Under the pieces are notes generated by a model. That model made no database searches and was not told where the DNA came from. It saw only the letters and a program-made list of their open reading frames with translations. From Nitrososphaeraceae archaeon (GTDB lineage Archaea; Thermoproteota; Nitrososphaeria; Nitrososphaerales; Nitrososphaeraceae): DNA of 64,000 nt. The stretch spans positions 1 through 64,000 of the forward strand of contig DATFEP010000040.1 in the NCBI GenBank assembly GCA_035250975.1. The letters run 5' to 3'. Shown here piece after piece: positions 10,099-20,759 of the stretch. Made by a program: the position numbers and the translations under genes. Each line of letters opens with the position of its first letter. Positions within the stretch are counted from its first letter, which is position 1.

Positions 10099-11028
10099 CT
10101 ATATCTCTTTATCATAAAGAATAAGTTTTGTAAAATATTCTTTCTTTTGGTCACTTAGAACTGAGAAATTGAAATCGGTATCTGGACAGAATATTTGAAC
10201 TCTCTCGTTTCTAATCTCCTTAGTTTCAAATCTATCTTTTTGCTCTTTTTTATCCCTTTGGGTATAGTAATTGTTATAATTGTAAAAAACGGATATACAA
10301 TATTCTAACATGCTACTAATTATCTCTTTAGAATCTCCATCCAAATAGACAATTCTATAATTATCTTGTCCGTTCCAAAAATCTGTTATATCTATGATCA
10401 CAATACCCCTGATATTCTGATCATCAAAAAAATATATTTGACCGTTATTTATTAATCTAAATAAATCGTGACTTGTTAGTATGTACCACCTCCATGCGTT
10501 AACGTATCTCGTATATTTTGATCCTGTTAAATAATTGTATATTCTTTCCTGATCTTTTATATCTGCTCTTTTTATTATATGACAATACTCATGGATATTC
10601 TTGACACCTTTGATGCTTGCATATATCCATCTAGAAACTGGATTGAAATCCAATTTTTCCATTAACTTTCTAGATTCAATGTTATCTATAGATACTATCA
10701 GCGAGGCTAGAGTTGCTCCTTTATCTTTTCCATATGTAATAATATTTTTAATTAAACTAGATGCAATGCCTTTTTCTCGATATTCAGGATGAACCCGTAT
10801 TCCCTCAACCCAAATCATATTTTTATGACATAATTTTCCGTGTATCATTGCAACAATTTTTTTAACAGACAATATCGCATCCATTGTTTCTGCTACCAGT
10901 AACAAACTATCTTTTTCATTAATCCAGCAATCCCAGACTTCTTGGATATAATCACCCCATTCAAAAGTATTCTTACAAAAATCAAATATTTGGTCCTTGT
11001 CTGAATCAATTGCAGGCCTATAAATCAA
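10099..11028 (-). CDS. GNAT family N-acetyltransferase
   Basis: WVEGIRVHPEYREKGIASSL acetyl-CoA motif; N..SRKLMEKLDF. Confidence 0.88.
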   Translation of the reverse strand: MIYRPAIDSDKDQIFDFCKNTFEWGDYIQEVWDCWINEKDSLLLVAETMDAILSVKKIVAMIHGKLCHKNMIWVEGIRVHPEYREKGIASSLIKNIITYGKDKGATLASLIVSIDNIESRKLMEKLDFNPVSRWIYASIKGVKNIHEYCHIIKRADIKDQERIYNYLTGSKYTRYVNAWRWYILTSHDLFRLINNGQIYFFDDQNIRGIVIIDITDFWNGQDNYRIVYLDGDSKEIISSMLEYCISVFYNYNNYYTQRDKKEQKDRFETKEIRNERVQIFCPDTDFNFSVLSDQKKEYFTKLILYDKEI

Positions 11029-11233
11029 ATTTATATATATTTACAAATATTGTCTGAATTATATTTAATATTGTCTTAGAAATATACTAATTACACTTGC
11101 AATATTGGATGCTATTATATTTTTATATTTTAGATTGGTAATGTCAACATCTTTACAAGAGTAATATAAACCTACAAAATATATGGATTAACAATATAAA
11201 TCCCAGGAATATTTGAATATATAATTTACCATA

Positions 11234-12292
11234 ATGAACACTATTGAACGAAAATTTAAAGAAAATCTGAATCACCTATACGAAAAGAATAAAATTACTT
11301 CTGAACAATTGGAACATTTTTTTAAACGTGGTATTCAGGTCATTGACACTCAGGAGGATTTAAAACTAAAATTGTTATCTTCCATCTTACCAAAGATTGT
11401 CATAGGGGCATCTAAAGAGTACATATCTCGACTAAAAATCCCATATCAGGCAACTAGCTTTCTTGCTGCGGAATTTACTCCTGAAAGTCGAAGATACATC
11501 TACAAAGTACCTGGATATCCTGGAGGAGGAGTAATAAAATTGACAGGAAATAAAAGAAATCTCGGTGACAATGTATTTGCATCGACACACAGAATCTTGA
11601 TAGGTTATAGAGCAATTCTCTTCAGTGTTAATACCCTTATGGCAAGCAAAAGTCAGATCTGGGATTGGACTTTTTTTGGCAATCATATCAAGAGCAGCCA
11701 TTCTGGTGTTTATGATGATTTATGTAAACTTTATCAACAATACAAACAGAAACGGGATTCAAGTTATTTTATTATCGTTTCGCGAACAGCAAATTCTTTT
11801 AAAAAATCTGGAATAATCGAATCATATCTAAAAAAAGAAATTGCAATTTTGAACAAAGATATAAGAAAGGTCATTTTTTTGACAAGTCAAGAAGGATACG
11901 ATTATGGCTCAAAATATATACCCGAATCTGATTTTATAAAATACATTAACACTGGTTCAACATTTAACCTATTCAAAGCATTATTATCCTTAAGAAAGGA
12001 TCATAAAATAGATCTAATTTTGAATGATGGAGGTAGAATTATGTGTAATGGATTTAGAATTGCAGGTGTGCTTGGTGAAGAGAGAATAACTCTTGAACCC
12101 TATCCCGGTAAAACCCTGATTGATCCACATAATTATGAAATGGTGGAAGAATGTACTCTCGGTGTTGGTGGGTCAGGTATTGATGGCAGTGAATTACGTG
12201 ACTCTATATTACTGCATTCGTCTCCAATTGGAGATGAACGGGCTAATACATACATCTATCCTCTTGATGATTCAAAATTATTATCTTTTTAG
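11234..12292 (+). CDS. Divergent RibD C-terminal/DHFR-like reductase domain protein
   Basis: RAILFSVNTL and LILNDGGRIMCNGFRIAGVLGEERITLEP resemble the RibD DAIlvG..T and vEGG..l..sfl.agLvDEl.l..aP motifs. Confidence 0.5.
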   Translation: MNTIERKFKENLNHLYEKNKITSEQLEHFFKRGIQVIDTQEDLKLKLLSSILPKIVIGASKEYISRLKIPYQATSFLAAEFTPESRRYIYKVPGYPGGGVIKLTGNKRNLGDNVFASTHRILIGYRAILFSVNTLMASKSQIWDWTFFGNHIKSSHSGVYDDLCKLYQQYKQKRDSSYFIIVSRTANSFKKSGIIESYLKKEIAILNKDIRKVIFLTSQEGYDYGSKYIPESDFIKYINTGSTFNLFKALLSLRKDHKIDLILNDGGRIMCNGFRIAGVLGEERITLEPYPGKTLIDPHNYEMVEECTLGVGGSGIDGSELRDSILLHSSPIGDERANTYIYPLDDSKLLSF

Positions 12293-12437
12293 TGGTAAAC
12301 GATAGTCATAATAACTATCTAATAGATGAACAATAAATAAATTTTTAATTTTTTTATATCTTTTCGATTTCATAACATAAATATTATTTGGAATATTAAA
12401 GAAAAAATCTTATATGCGATTATGAGCTCTTTTTATT

Positions 12438-12923
12438 ATGAAAATTTTTAATGCTAGTCCTGGATTTAGTGATCCATTAACGGAAGATGAAATTGTATCG
12501 TTTCTTGTTAATCAAACACATAACATTCATCTTGGTACAATAGATGAAAAAAAGCACCCGAATATTCATCCAACTTGGTACTATTATGACCCAAACAAGA
12601 ATAAAATATATGTTGAAACTGCTAAAAACTCAAAAAAAGTCCAAAATATCTCAAATAACCAAACCATATATTTCTGTATAGATGATCCCAAACCTCCATA
12701 CAAAGGAGTAAGAGGAAAAGGCAAAACAGCAATTTCTCAATCACTTGATTTCAATTTAATGATATCTAAAAAAATTATGATTAAGTATCTAGGGAGCTTA
12801 GATAACGCTATGGCAAAAATTCTACTAGAAAACGTCGAACATGGAAATTCGGTTATTTTAGAAATTACACCACTATATTTTTCCACATGGGATTATGGTA
12901 AAAATAAAAAAAATCTAACCTGA
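12438..12923 (+). CDS. Pyridoxamine 5'-phosphate oxidase-like split-barrel protein (flavin/F420-binding)
   Basis: HLGTID..HPNIHPTWY, SKKVQNI..N, PYKGVRGKG, STWDYGK. Confidence 0.85.
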   Translation: MKIFNASPGFSDPLTEDEIVSFLVNQTHNIHLGTIDEKKHPNIHPTWYYYDPNKNKIYVETAKNSKKVQNISNNQTIYFCIDDPKPPYKGVRGKGKTAISQSLDFNLMISKKIMIKYLGSLDNAMAKILLENVEHGNSVILEITPLYFSTWDYGKNKKNLT

Positions 12924-12984
12924 AAAAGCGAATCTGTCCATTTATCAAAAGAATATAATAAATTGAACTTTATTCTATCCGATT

Positions 12985-13956
12985 ATGTTTCATATGATTG
13001 AATCTTTTTCTGAGGCTCTAAAAAAAAGAATACTGCTTTTTGATGGCGCAATGGGTACAGAAATACAGAAATTAAACCCTCAACCTCAGGATTTTCCTAA
13101 TAATAAAGATGGTTTTAACGATGGTTTGATATTGAGTAGGCCAGAATGGATAAAACAAATCCATAGAAATTACTTAAATGCAGGTGCAGATTGTATAGAG
13201 ACCAATACGTTTGGTGGCAACAAATTCAAATTAGATGAATATGGCTTTGGGGATCAGACAGTTAAATTCAATAAAAGAGCAGCCGAATTGGCACGAGAAG
13301 TATGTAATGAATTTCACGATAAACCGAGATATGTTATTGGTTCGATGGGTCCGTCTGGATTTCTTCCAAGCTCAAATGATCCCGATTTGGGTCAAAAACC
13401 ATTGGAACAGATAATAGAATCTTTTGCATTACAGGCTGAAGGTCTGATTCTTGGAGGTGTTGATGCGCTGCTAATTGAAACGAGTCAGGATATTCTCGAG
13501 GTAAAGTTAGTAATAGAGGCATGTAGGAATACTATGTCTAAATTAGGAAAGAAGATTCCACTCATTGCCAATGTTACTTTGGACCAATACGGAAAGATGC
13601 TTCTTGGAACCAATGTACAAGCAGCATTTACAACTGTTAGTGATATGGGAATTGATGTCTTTGGGTTAAACTGTTCCACAGGTCCAGATGAGATGACTCC
13701 TAGCGTAATATGGTTAAATGAACAAAATGACCTTCCGCTATTAATAGTACCCAATGCAGGAATGCCACTTAATGATGGAGGTAAAGCAGTCTACAAGATG
13801 ACACCAGAACAGTTGAGAAAAAAATTAGAGGAGTTCATATTAAAATTTCAGAAAGTCAGAATTATAGGAGGCTGTTGTGGTACAACACCTGAGCACATTT
13901 CACAATTACACAAAATGCTTGATAAATATTATAAAAATGATAATAAACAGATCTAA
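12985..13956 (+). CDS. metH: Methionine synthase, homocysteine-binding subunit (split MetH)
   Basis: DGAMGTEIQ, AGADCIETNTF, GLNCSTGP, GGCCGTTPEHI zinc ligands. Confidence 0.93.
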   Translation: MFHMIESFSEALKKRILLFDGAMGTEIQKLNPQPQDFPNNKDGFNDGLILSRPEWIKQIHRNYLNAGADCIETNTFGGNKFKLDEYGFGDQTVKFNKRAAELAREVCNEFHDKPRYVIGSMGPSGFLPSSNDPDLGQKPLEQIIESFALQAEGLILGGVDALLIETSQDILEVKLVIEACRNTMSKLGKKIPLIANVTLDQYGKMLLGTNVQAAFTTVSDMGIDVFGLNCSTGPDEMTPSVIWLNEQNDLPLLIVPNAGMPLNDGGKAVYKMTPEQLRKKLEEFILKFQKVRIIGGCCGTTPEHISQLHKMLDKYYKNDNKQI

Positions 13957-14067
13957 CTAAACCTTCAGAATTATTCATTGTTATCAATACTTTATATGAT
14001 TATTAAAACGAATATTACTCTGTATACGCAATTAAAGAGGAAATAGATATTAGCGAGGATAGAAAAT

Positions 14068-16596
14068 TTGATGAAGATCCCAAGAATTAGTTCTGCATTA
14101 AATGCAGTAGATATACAACAAAATCCTCCTCCACTTATTATTGGAGAGCGTGTAAACAGTCAAGGCTCAAGAAAAGCCAAGGATATGGTATTACGTGATG
14201 ACGTTGATGGGTTAGTGAGTTTAGCAAGAACACAGGTAGAGGAAGGAGCTCATTGTTTAGATGTGTGTGTTGCTACTACTGAACGATCCGACGAACTGGA
14301 TTTCATGTGTAAACTAGTCAAAAGACTAAGTTTAGAGATCGAAGCACCGTTGGTAATAGATTCTACAGACCCTATTGTAGTAGAAGCGGCCATTAAACAG
14401 ATTCCAGGAAGACCAATAATAAATTCAATAAATTTGGAAGGAGATGGAAGCAGATATCATCTTTTAGCACCTCTTATGGCAAAATATGGATTACCAGCAA
14501 TTGCAATGTGTATTGGTCCAAAGGGAATGGCTAAGACCCCACAAGAGAAACTAGAAACTGCCCAGCTCTTATTTCGAACAGGGAAGAAATATGGTTTAAA
14601 ACCTTGGCAATTCCTTTTTGATGTACTAACATTTACTTTGGCTACGGGACAGGAAGAATTTCTTGATTCTGCAAAAAATACATTAGAAGGTATCCGCCTT
14701 GTAAAACAAAATCTTCCCGGCTGCTTTACCACGCTCGGATTAAGCAATGTTAGTTTTGGACTTCCAGTTCAAGCAAGGAAAATAGTTAATTCAGTCTTTT
14801 TATATCATGCAATAAAAGCCGGATTGGATTCGGTGATAATAAATCCTAAAGACATAGTAGCATATAGTGATATTGTTCCTAAGGAAAGGGAGCTCATTGA
14901 AAATCTAATATTTAATCTGAATAATAACGCGCTAGCTGAATTAATATCTTATTTTGAAAACAAAAAGGACTCAAATCAGGGAATAGGAAAGATTACAAAA
15001 TTAGATTTAGATCCTAAATGGAGTTATGATAAAAAATGTTACTATAGAATTGTTAACAGATTACCCGATGGTATTGAGCAAGATGTAATTGGCGCAATAA
15101 AAGACAATATAATGAATAAGAAAAAAGAAGAACAAGGAACAAAGATAGATTCTCTTGAGATACTTTTTGACGTTGTATCTAAACAAGATATTCATGATGC
15201 TGCTGTCCAGACTCTAAATGATACTCTTCTTCCAGCAATGAAAGAGGTCGGAGATAAATTTGGAGCCGGAGAAATAATTTTACCATTTGTTCTTAAATCG
15301 GCAGAATGTATGAAGGCAGCTGTTGCTGAGCTCGAAAAATATCTGATTAAACAGAAAGATGTATCAAAAGGTAAGATTGTATTATGTACTGTTTATGGCG
15401 ATGTTCATGATATAGGAAAGAATCTAGTTAAAACTATCTTGACAAATAATGGATATTCAGTATATGACCTTGGTAAACAGGTTCCATTACAAAATATTCT
15501 TGACAAAATTGAAGAAGTAAAAGCAGATGCAGTTGGACTTTCTGCGCTTTTGGTTTCAACATCAAAACAGATGCAGATATTTGTAGATTACGCAAGAGAA
15601 CATAATTTGAGTATACCCGTATTGTGTGGAGGAGCCGCAATAAACAGTAATTATATTAACAGAATTGCTAAAGAAAAAGAAATTTATGAACCAGGAGTCT
15701 TTTATTGCAAGACAGCCTTTGAAGGATTAAATGTTATCAATAATATAATGTCTGATACAAGAGATCAATATGTACTAAATTGGAGACAAAGATTACAGCA
15801 ATGGAAAGAATCAAAAATTGCGATAGGGACAACTGAAAAAATACTTCCACACAGTAGCATTAAACCAGTTGAACCCCCAATACCTCCTCATATTAATATC
15901 CCTATTAGACTTGAAACAGAGACTATCGATCTCAATGAAGTGTGGAAATTCATAAATAAAAAATCGCTTTTTGTTCTTTCCTGGAGTTTTAGGGGAAAGG
16001 CAGCAAAGGGATTATCTGATGAATCAGAAAAGTTATTTATAGAATGGAAAAAAAAAGTTATAGATGAAGATCTATTTTCACCCAAAGTAGTGTATGGCTA
16101 CTTTAGATGTCATAACAACGGAAATAAACTTGTTGTTGATTCTCCTGACGGTAGTCAGGTTGTATTTGACTTTCCGCGTTCTACAAAGAGAAAAAACCTG
16201 TGCATAACTGACTATTTTGGAAAGGATGACATCGTGGCATTTCAAGCGGTTACAGTTGGAGTTAAGGTTTCTGAGATTATCGAAAAATGGAATTTAGAAA
16301 ATCTATACACTGACGCATATTTTTTACATGGTCTTGCAGTTGAAACTGCTGAAGCATTAGCTGATTGGACTAACAATTTAATCCGTAAAGATCTAAAACT
16401 CGAATCTAATCGGGGTCTTAGGTATAGCTGGGGATACCCAAGCTGCCCAGACATTTCTCAACATAAGTTGGTATGGACTCTTTTAGATCCTTCAAAATCA
16501 GGAATGACATTAACAGAATCTGGACAGATAATACCAGACCAGTCTACTGCCGCTATAGTAGTCCATCATCCTAAGGCAGAATATTTCATTCTATAG
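14068..16596 (+). CDS. metH: Methionine synthase, pterin/cobalamin-binding and reactivation subunit (split MetH)
   Basis: IIGERVN, GDVHDIGKNLV B12 His motif, GLSALLV, RYSWGYPSCPD, HHPKAEYF. Confidence 0.93.
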   Translation: MMKIPRISSALNAVDIQQNPPPLIIGERVNSQGSRKAKDMVLRDDVDGLVSLARTQVEEGAHCLDVCVATTERSDELDFMCKLVKRLSLEIEAPLVIDSTDPIVVEAAIKQIPGRPIINSINLEGDGSRYHLLAPLMAKYGLPAIAMCIGPKGMAKTPQEKLETAQLLFRTGKKYGLKPWQFLFDVLTFTLATGQEEFLDSAKNTLEGIRLVKQNLPGCFTTLGLSNVSFGLPVQARKIVNSVFLYHAIKAGLDSVIINPKDIVAYSDIVPKERELIENLIFNLNNNALAELISYFENKKDSNQGIGKITKLDLDPKWSYDKKCYYRIVNRLPDGIEQDVIGAIKDNIMNKKKEEQGTKIDSLEILFDVVSKQDIHDAAVQTLNDTLLPAMKEVGDKFGAGEIILPFVLKSAECMKAAVAELEKYLIKQKDVSKGKIVLCTVYGDVHDIGKNLVKTILTNNGYSVYDLGKQVPLQNILDKIEEVKADAVGLSALLVSTSKQMQIFVDYAREHNLSIPVLCGGAAINSNYINRIAKEKEIYEPGVFYCKTAFEGLNVINNIMSDTRDQYVLNWRQRLQQWKESKIAIGTTEKILPHSSIKPVEPPIPPHINIPIRLETETIDLNEVWKFINKKSLFVLSWSFRGKAAKGLSDESEKLFIEWKKKVIDEDLFSPKVVYGYFRCHNNGNKLVVDSPDGSQVVFDFPRSTKRKNLCITDYFGKDDIVAFQAVTVGVKVSEIIEKWNLENLYTDAYFLHGLAVETAEALADWTNNLIRKDLKLESNRGLRYSWGYPSCPDISQHKLVWTLLDPSKSGMTLTESGQIIPDQSTAAIVVHHPKAEYFIL

Positions 16597-16699
16597 CTAA
16601 TTTACTTGATTTTTATTTCATGTATTTTTTTTTAATAAAAGCAATTTCATGTCTTTCTGATAAATACAGTTAATTAAAATACATTCTGATATACTTCTG

Positions 16700-17026
16700 A
16701 TGTCTATTAGAGATTTTATTTTCGCATGTTCTATTGATGATTCTCCAGCATATTTTACATATGACAATGAAGATAGCATGATTATCATTCAATCCAGATC
16801 CAGTGCGATCTCTTGCAATAATGATTTTCAATATATTGAACCTTTCATGGAATCTCTGATATCCCATGAAACTATTCATGTTGTAATTAAAAAATATGAA
16901 GGTGAATTGGTTTCAGAAGGATTGGATGATATCGAATTAATAGTCGATAGACATGGAAGATCGTATCATATTACTATTAATAATATGTTGTTTGCAAAAG
17001 ATATCTCTGGATTAGTCCTTTGTTGA
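16700..17026 (+). CDS. Hypothetical protein with HExxH motif
   Basis: LISHETIHVVI; clean 108-aa ORF between metH and trpA. Confidence 0.65.
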   Translation: MSIRDFIFACSIDDSPAYFTYDNEDSMIIIQSRSSAISCNNDFQYIEPFMESLISHETIHVVIKKYEGELVSEGLDDIELIVDRHGRSYHITINNMLFAKDISGLVLC

Positions 17027-17049
17027 TTATTTATAATACTTTAACTCTA

Positions 17050-17901
17050 TTATTTTCCTCTAATTTCATGACAAGTAGTTTTCATGTCCACTGTAAAATT
17101 TCTTAATATACTTGGTAAGTTTTTCTTATTTTCAGTTTCTTTTATTTTTCTTATAATAGCGCTTCCAACAATCACTGCATCTGCACCCGCTTGAAGCATA
17201 TTCCTCACATGTTCAGGTTTGCTTATTCCAAATCCTGCTGCAATAGGTATCTTGTTCTTAGTTATCTTTTTGACTTTCTTTATTACGTCATATGTATATC
17301 TGTCAAACTTTTTACGTTCGCCAGTTATTCCAAATACCGAAACAACATATAGAAATCCAGAGCAAATCTCATTAATATCTTTCAGCCTCTTTTCTTCAGT
17401 ATTAGGAGCTGTCAAGAAAATTGTAGCAATACCTGTCTTTCTTGCTGCAGTAACATATTCTTCTGATTCCTCAAAGGGAATATCTGGTAATATACATCCA
17501 TCGATACCTTTTTCCTTTGCCAAGCTCAGGAACTCTTCATAACCTTTCCTGAATAAAATATTAGAATATGTCATTATAATTAATGGTACGTCTGGAAATT
17601 TGTTCCTAATCCTTTCTGATAATTCCAAACACTGCTCTGGTGTAATTCCTGATAGTAAGGATTGATGGATAGCCTCCTGTATGGTATTACCATCTGCAAT
17701 GGGGTCTGAAAAAGGAATTCCAATCTCTATCATATCTGCACCCCCTTCAATCAGAGCCACAATAATGTCTTCAGAAGTTTTTATGTCTGGATATCCAGAC
17801 ACAACATAACATATTAAAGCATTGTCTTTTTTTTCTTTTAATTCCTTAAATTTTTCATCTATTCTGTTTGATACAATTTTCGTCAATAATGCCATCTCCA
17901 A
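17050..17901 (-). CDS. trpA: Tryptophan synthase alpha chain
   Basis: IEIGIPFSDPIADGNTIQ, GFLYVVS..GITG, GFGIS, IVGSAI. Confidence 0.96.
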   Translation of the reverse strand: MEMALLTKIVSNRIDEKFKELKEKKDNALICYVVSGYPDIKTSEDIIVALIEGGADMIEIGIPFSDPIADGNTIQEAIHQSLLSGITPEQCLELSERIRNKFPDVPLIIMTYSNILFRKGYEEFLSLAKEKGIDGCILPDIPFEESEEYVTAARKTGIATIFLTAPNTEEKRLKDINEICSGFLYVVSVFGITGERKKFDRYTYDVIKKVKKITKNKIPIAAGFGISKPEHVRNMLQAGADAVIVGSAIIRKIKETENKKNLPSILRNFTVDMKTTCHEIRGK

Positions 17902-19089
17902 TTATTTCTCAATATATTTTTGAACTATTTCTACGTCTTTATCTCCTCTTCCCGACAAAGTGATGACAATCTTTTCTGTTGACCGCAACTTTTTCGCTAA
18001 TTTCATTCCATAGCTGATAGCATGAGCTGATTCGAGTGCAGGAATTATTCCCTCACGTTTTGATAGTGTCATGAAGGCTTGTATGGCTTGTTCGTCTGTA
18101 CAGGATTTGTAAATTACTCGCCTTATCTCCTTCAAAAAGGAATGTTCTGGACCTACACCTGGATAGTCAAGGCCCGCAGATACACTATGAGTTTCAGAAA
18201 CCTGCCCTGTGCTGTCCTGTAGTAGATAGGTCTTCATCCCGTGAAGGATTCCTATAGATCCTGATACTAAAGTTGCAGCATGTTTTCCAGATTTTGTACC
18301 ACGTCCCCCTGCCTCGATTCCATACAAAGATACTTCCTTATCGTCAATAAATGGATAGAATGAACCTATTGCATTACTGCCGCCACCCACACAAGCAACT
18401 ATTGCGTTGGGTAATCCACCAAATTTCTCATTACATTGTTGTTTTATTTCTTTTCCAATAATACTCTGGAAATCTCTAACTATCATTGGGTAAGGATGAG
18501 GACCAACTACTGAACCAATTACATAATAGGTAGTTTTGACATTGGTTATCCAATCCCGTAGTGCTTCGTTAATTGCATCTTTTAGTGTTTGTGAACCAGA
18601 CAGTACAGGATGAACCTTGGATCCTAATAATTTCATTCTAAAAACATTAAGTTTCTGTCTCTCAGTATCTTTTAAACCCATATAAACTTCACAGTCAAGT
18701 CCAAGAACAGCAGATGCTAAAGCCGTACCGACACCATGTTGTCCCGCCCCTGTTTCTGCGATTATTCTCTTCTTGCCCATTCTTTTTGCTAGAATGCACT
18801 GTCCAATGGTATTATTTGTCTTATGAGCTCCCCCGTGAAGCAAGTCTTCTCTTTTGATGTAAATCTTTGCTCCGCCAACATAATTTGTTAGATTTTTAGC
18901 AAAATACAAGGGTGTTGGTCTACCTGCATAGTCTTTCAAATATTCGGATAGCTCTCTTTTAAAATCCGGATCCTTGCTATATTTTTGATATGAATATTCT
19001 AATTCTTCTATAGCAGGAATTAAGGTTTCCGGAATATATTTCCCACCAAATTTTCCATATCTGCCATCTTTAGGAAAATTATATTTCAT
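17902..19089 (-). CDS. trpB: Tryptophan synthase beta chain
   Basis: [51 protein letters not shown]. Confidence 0.97.
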   Translation of the reverse strand: MKYNFPKDGRYGKFGGKYIPETLIPAIEELEYSYQKYSKDPDFKRELSEYLKDYAGRPTPLYFAKNLTNYVGGAKIYIKREDLLHGGAHKTNNTIGQCILAKRMGKKRIIAETGAGQHGVGTALASAVLGLDCEVYMGLKDTERQKLNVFRMKLLGSKVHPVLSGSQTLKDAINEALRDWITNVKTTYYVIGSVVGPHPYPMIVRDFQSIIGKEIKQQCNEKFGGLPNAIVACVGGGSNAIGSFYPFIDDKEVSLYGIEAGGRGTKSGKHAATLVSGSIGILHGMKTYLLQDSTGQVSETHSVSAGLDYPGVGPEHSFLKEIRRVIYKSCTDEQAIQAFMTLSKREGIIPALESAHAISYGMKLAKKLRSTEKIVITLSGRGDKDVEIVQKYIEK

Positions 19090-19775
19090 CTTGTAATGCT
19101 GTTAATCAATTTATAGACAATATGAATTGATATATTTGGAATTGTGGATAAATATAGAATCCATAATTAATTTGCTACCAAATAACCACCTATCATCGTT
19201 ATTAAAATATTGAAGAGGCTGCTACCAACATATTAAAATTTATTTTTTTCACCTGATACTAACATTTTAAAAAAAATTTGAGCATAATAGGAATGCATGG
19301 TAGGAATTTCTGGAATGCAGTACTGTTGATACCGGTTAGATGAATATCAACTGCCTCAATCACTAAAAGTTTCTTCACAAAACAGCAATTTACTAGAATT
19401 TTCTAACTTTCGAATTTTTTCTAGAGTTATATAATATACTAAAAATACAACTAAATTTTATCAAATCCAAGTGATAGACCTCCATAACTTTTGAGGTATA
19501 AACTTCATTTAATATCCAATTTTAATTGATTGAAATCATAGAGGTTTACAGATAAACAAAAATTCATTAAATTATCGGCAGGGAACTCCTATTTTTCTAA
19601 TTATGCAGACAATATTTTAAAATTAAAATTAAAACCTTATGACTGGTGTGGCGATATGGAATGAGGCTATATACCAATTTTGTAACAACAAACAATTAAC
19701 TAAGATAATCTAATATTGGCTAGAGTTGCGATATTACTCAAAGAATCCGATGATTTCTGATGGGCTCTTGGCTGG

Positions 19776-20621
19776 TTAGTAGCTACTCGTATCATTAACG
19801 AGTTCTTTTACTTTGGACGAGATATTTTCAGCTTTTTCCATTATGCTCGTCCCTATTAAAAACGCATCTGCCCCTGCCTTTTTCAGATATCTTATTTGTT
19901 CTGTGTTCTCAATGCCACTTTCGCTTACAATCAAGTTCCTTCCTTTGTCATATTTTTTCAACAAATTTTCAGTAGTTTTCAAATCAATTTTCAGATTATC
20001 GAGATTGCGATTATTGATTCCAATTAAATCATTTCTTCTGACTTTAAAATCAAGGATCTCTTTGAATTCATCGTCTAAATGAACCTCATACAAAATATTC
20101 AATCCTTTTCTGTATGAATACTCTGAAAATTTTTCTATGCTTGCTTCAGCTAAATTTTTATCAAATACTGTCTTTATTAACAATACATAGTCTGCTCCAA
20201 TTTCTTTAGCACAATCAATTTGGTTTTCACTCACGATAATATCTTTCATCAACATTGGAACACTAGTATTTTTCCTAATAACGATAAAGTTATTTATTGA
20301 CCCGTTAAAAAAATACTTTTGTGTTAAAACAGAGAGTCCTATAGCCCCACCACCTATCATTTGATTAGCTATATTTACTGGATTTACCTTTTGACTATCA
20401 ACAATATTTCCCTTTGATGGAGAAGAAAATTTTACTTCAGTTATGATCGGTACTTTTCTTATATTGATCATGGAACGAATGTTGTTTGTAAGACTCATTG
20501 CATCATGTGTATGATCAAAATTTGCTACCTCATACAATCCTTCATCTATTGATCGGAAAGAATTCTTAACTAATTTTTCTATTAGATTTGACTCACTATC
20601 AGGGGAGAAAAAACGACTCAT
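19776..20621 (-). CDS. trpC: Indole-3-glycerol phosphate synthase
   Basis: ITEVKFSSPSKG, LSVLT, LMKDII, GINNRNL, SESGI, FLIGTSIM. Confidence 0.94.
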   Translation of the reverse strand: MSRFFSPDSESNLIEKLVKNSFRSIDEGLYEVANFDHTHDAMSLTNNIRSMINIRKVPIITEVKFSSPSKGNIVDSQKVNPVNIANQMIGGGAIGLSVLTQKYFFNGSINNFIVIRKNTSVPMLMKDIIVSENQIDCAKEIGADYVLLIKTVFDKNLAEASIEKFSEYSYRKGLNILYEVHLDDEFKEILDFKVRRNDLIGINNRNLDNLKIDLKTTENLLKKYDKGRNLIVSESGIENTEQIRYLKKAGADAFLIGTSIMEKAENISSKVKELVNDTSSY

Positions 20622-20759
20622 TTGTACATAACTTCCAGCAGATATTAATCGATTATTTTATGTTATATTTATTTATGTCAATTTATTGTTTGACAACTTA
20701 TTTTTTCTCACGTTTTTAAAAAAAGGTAAAGATTTAATTAATTTTAAGCACAATTAATA

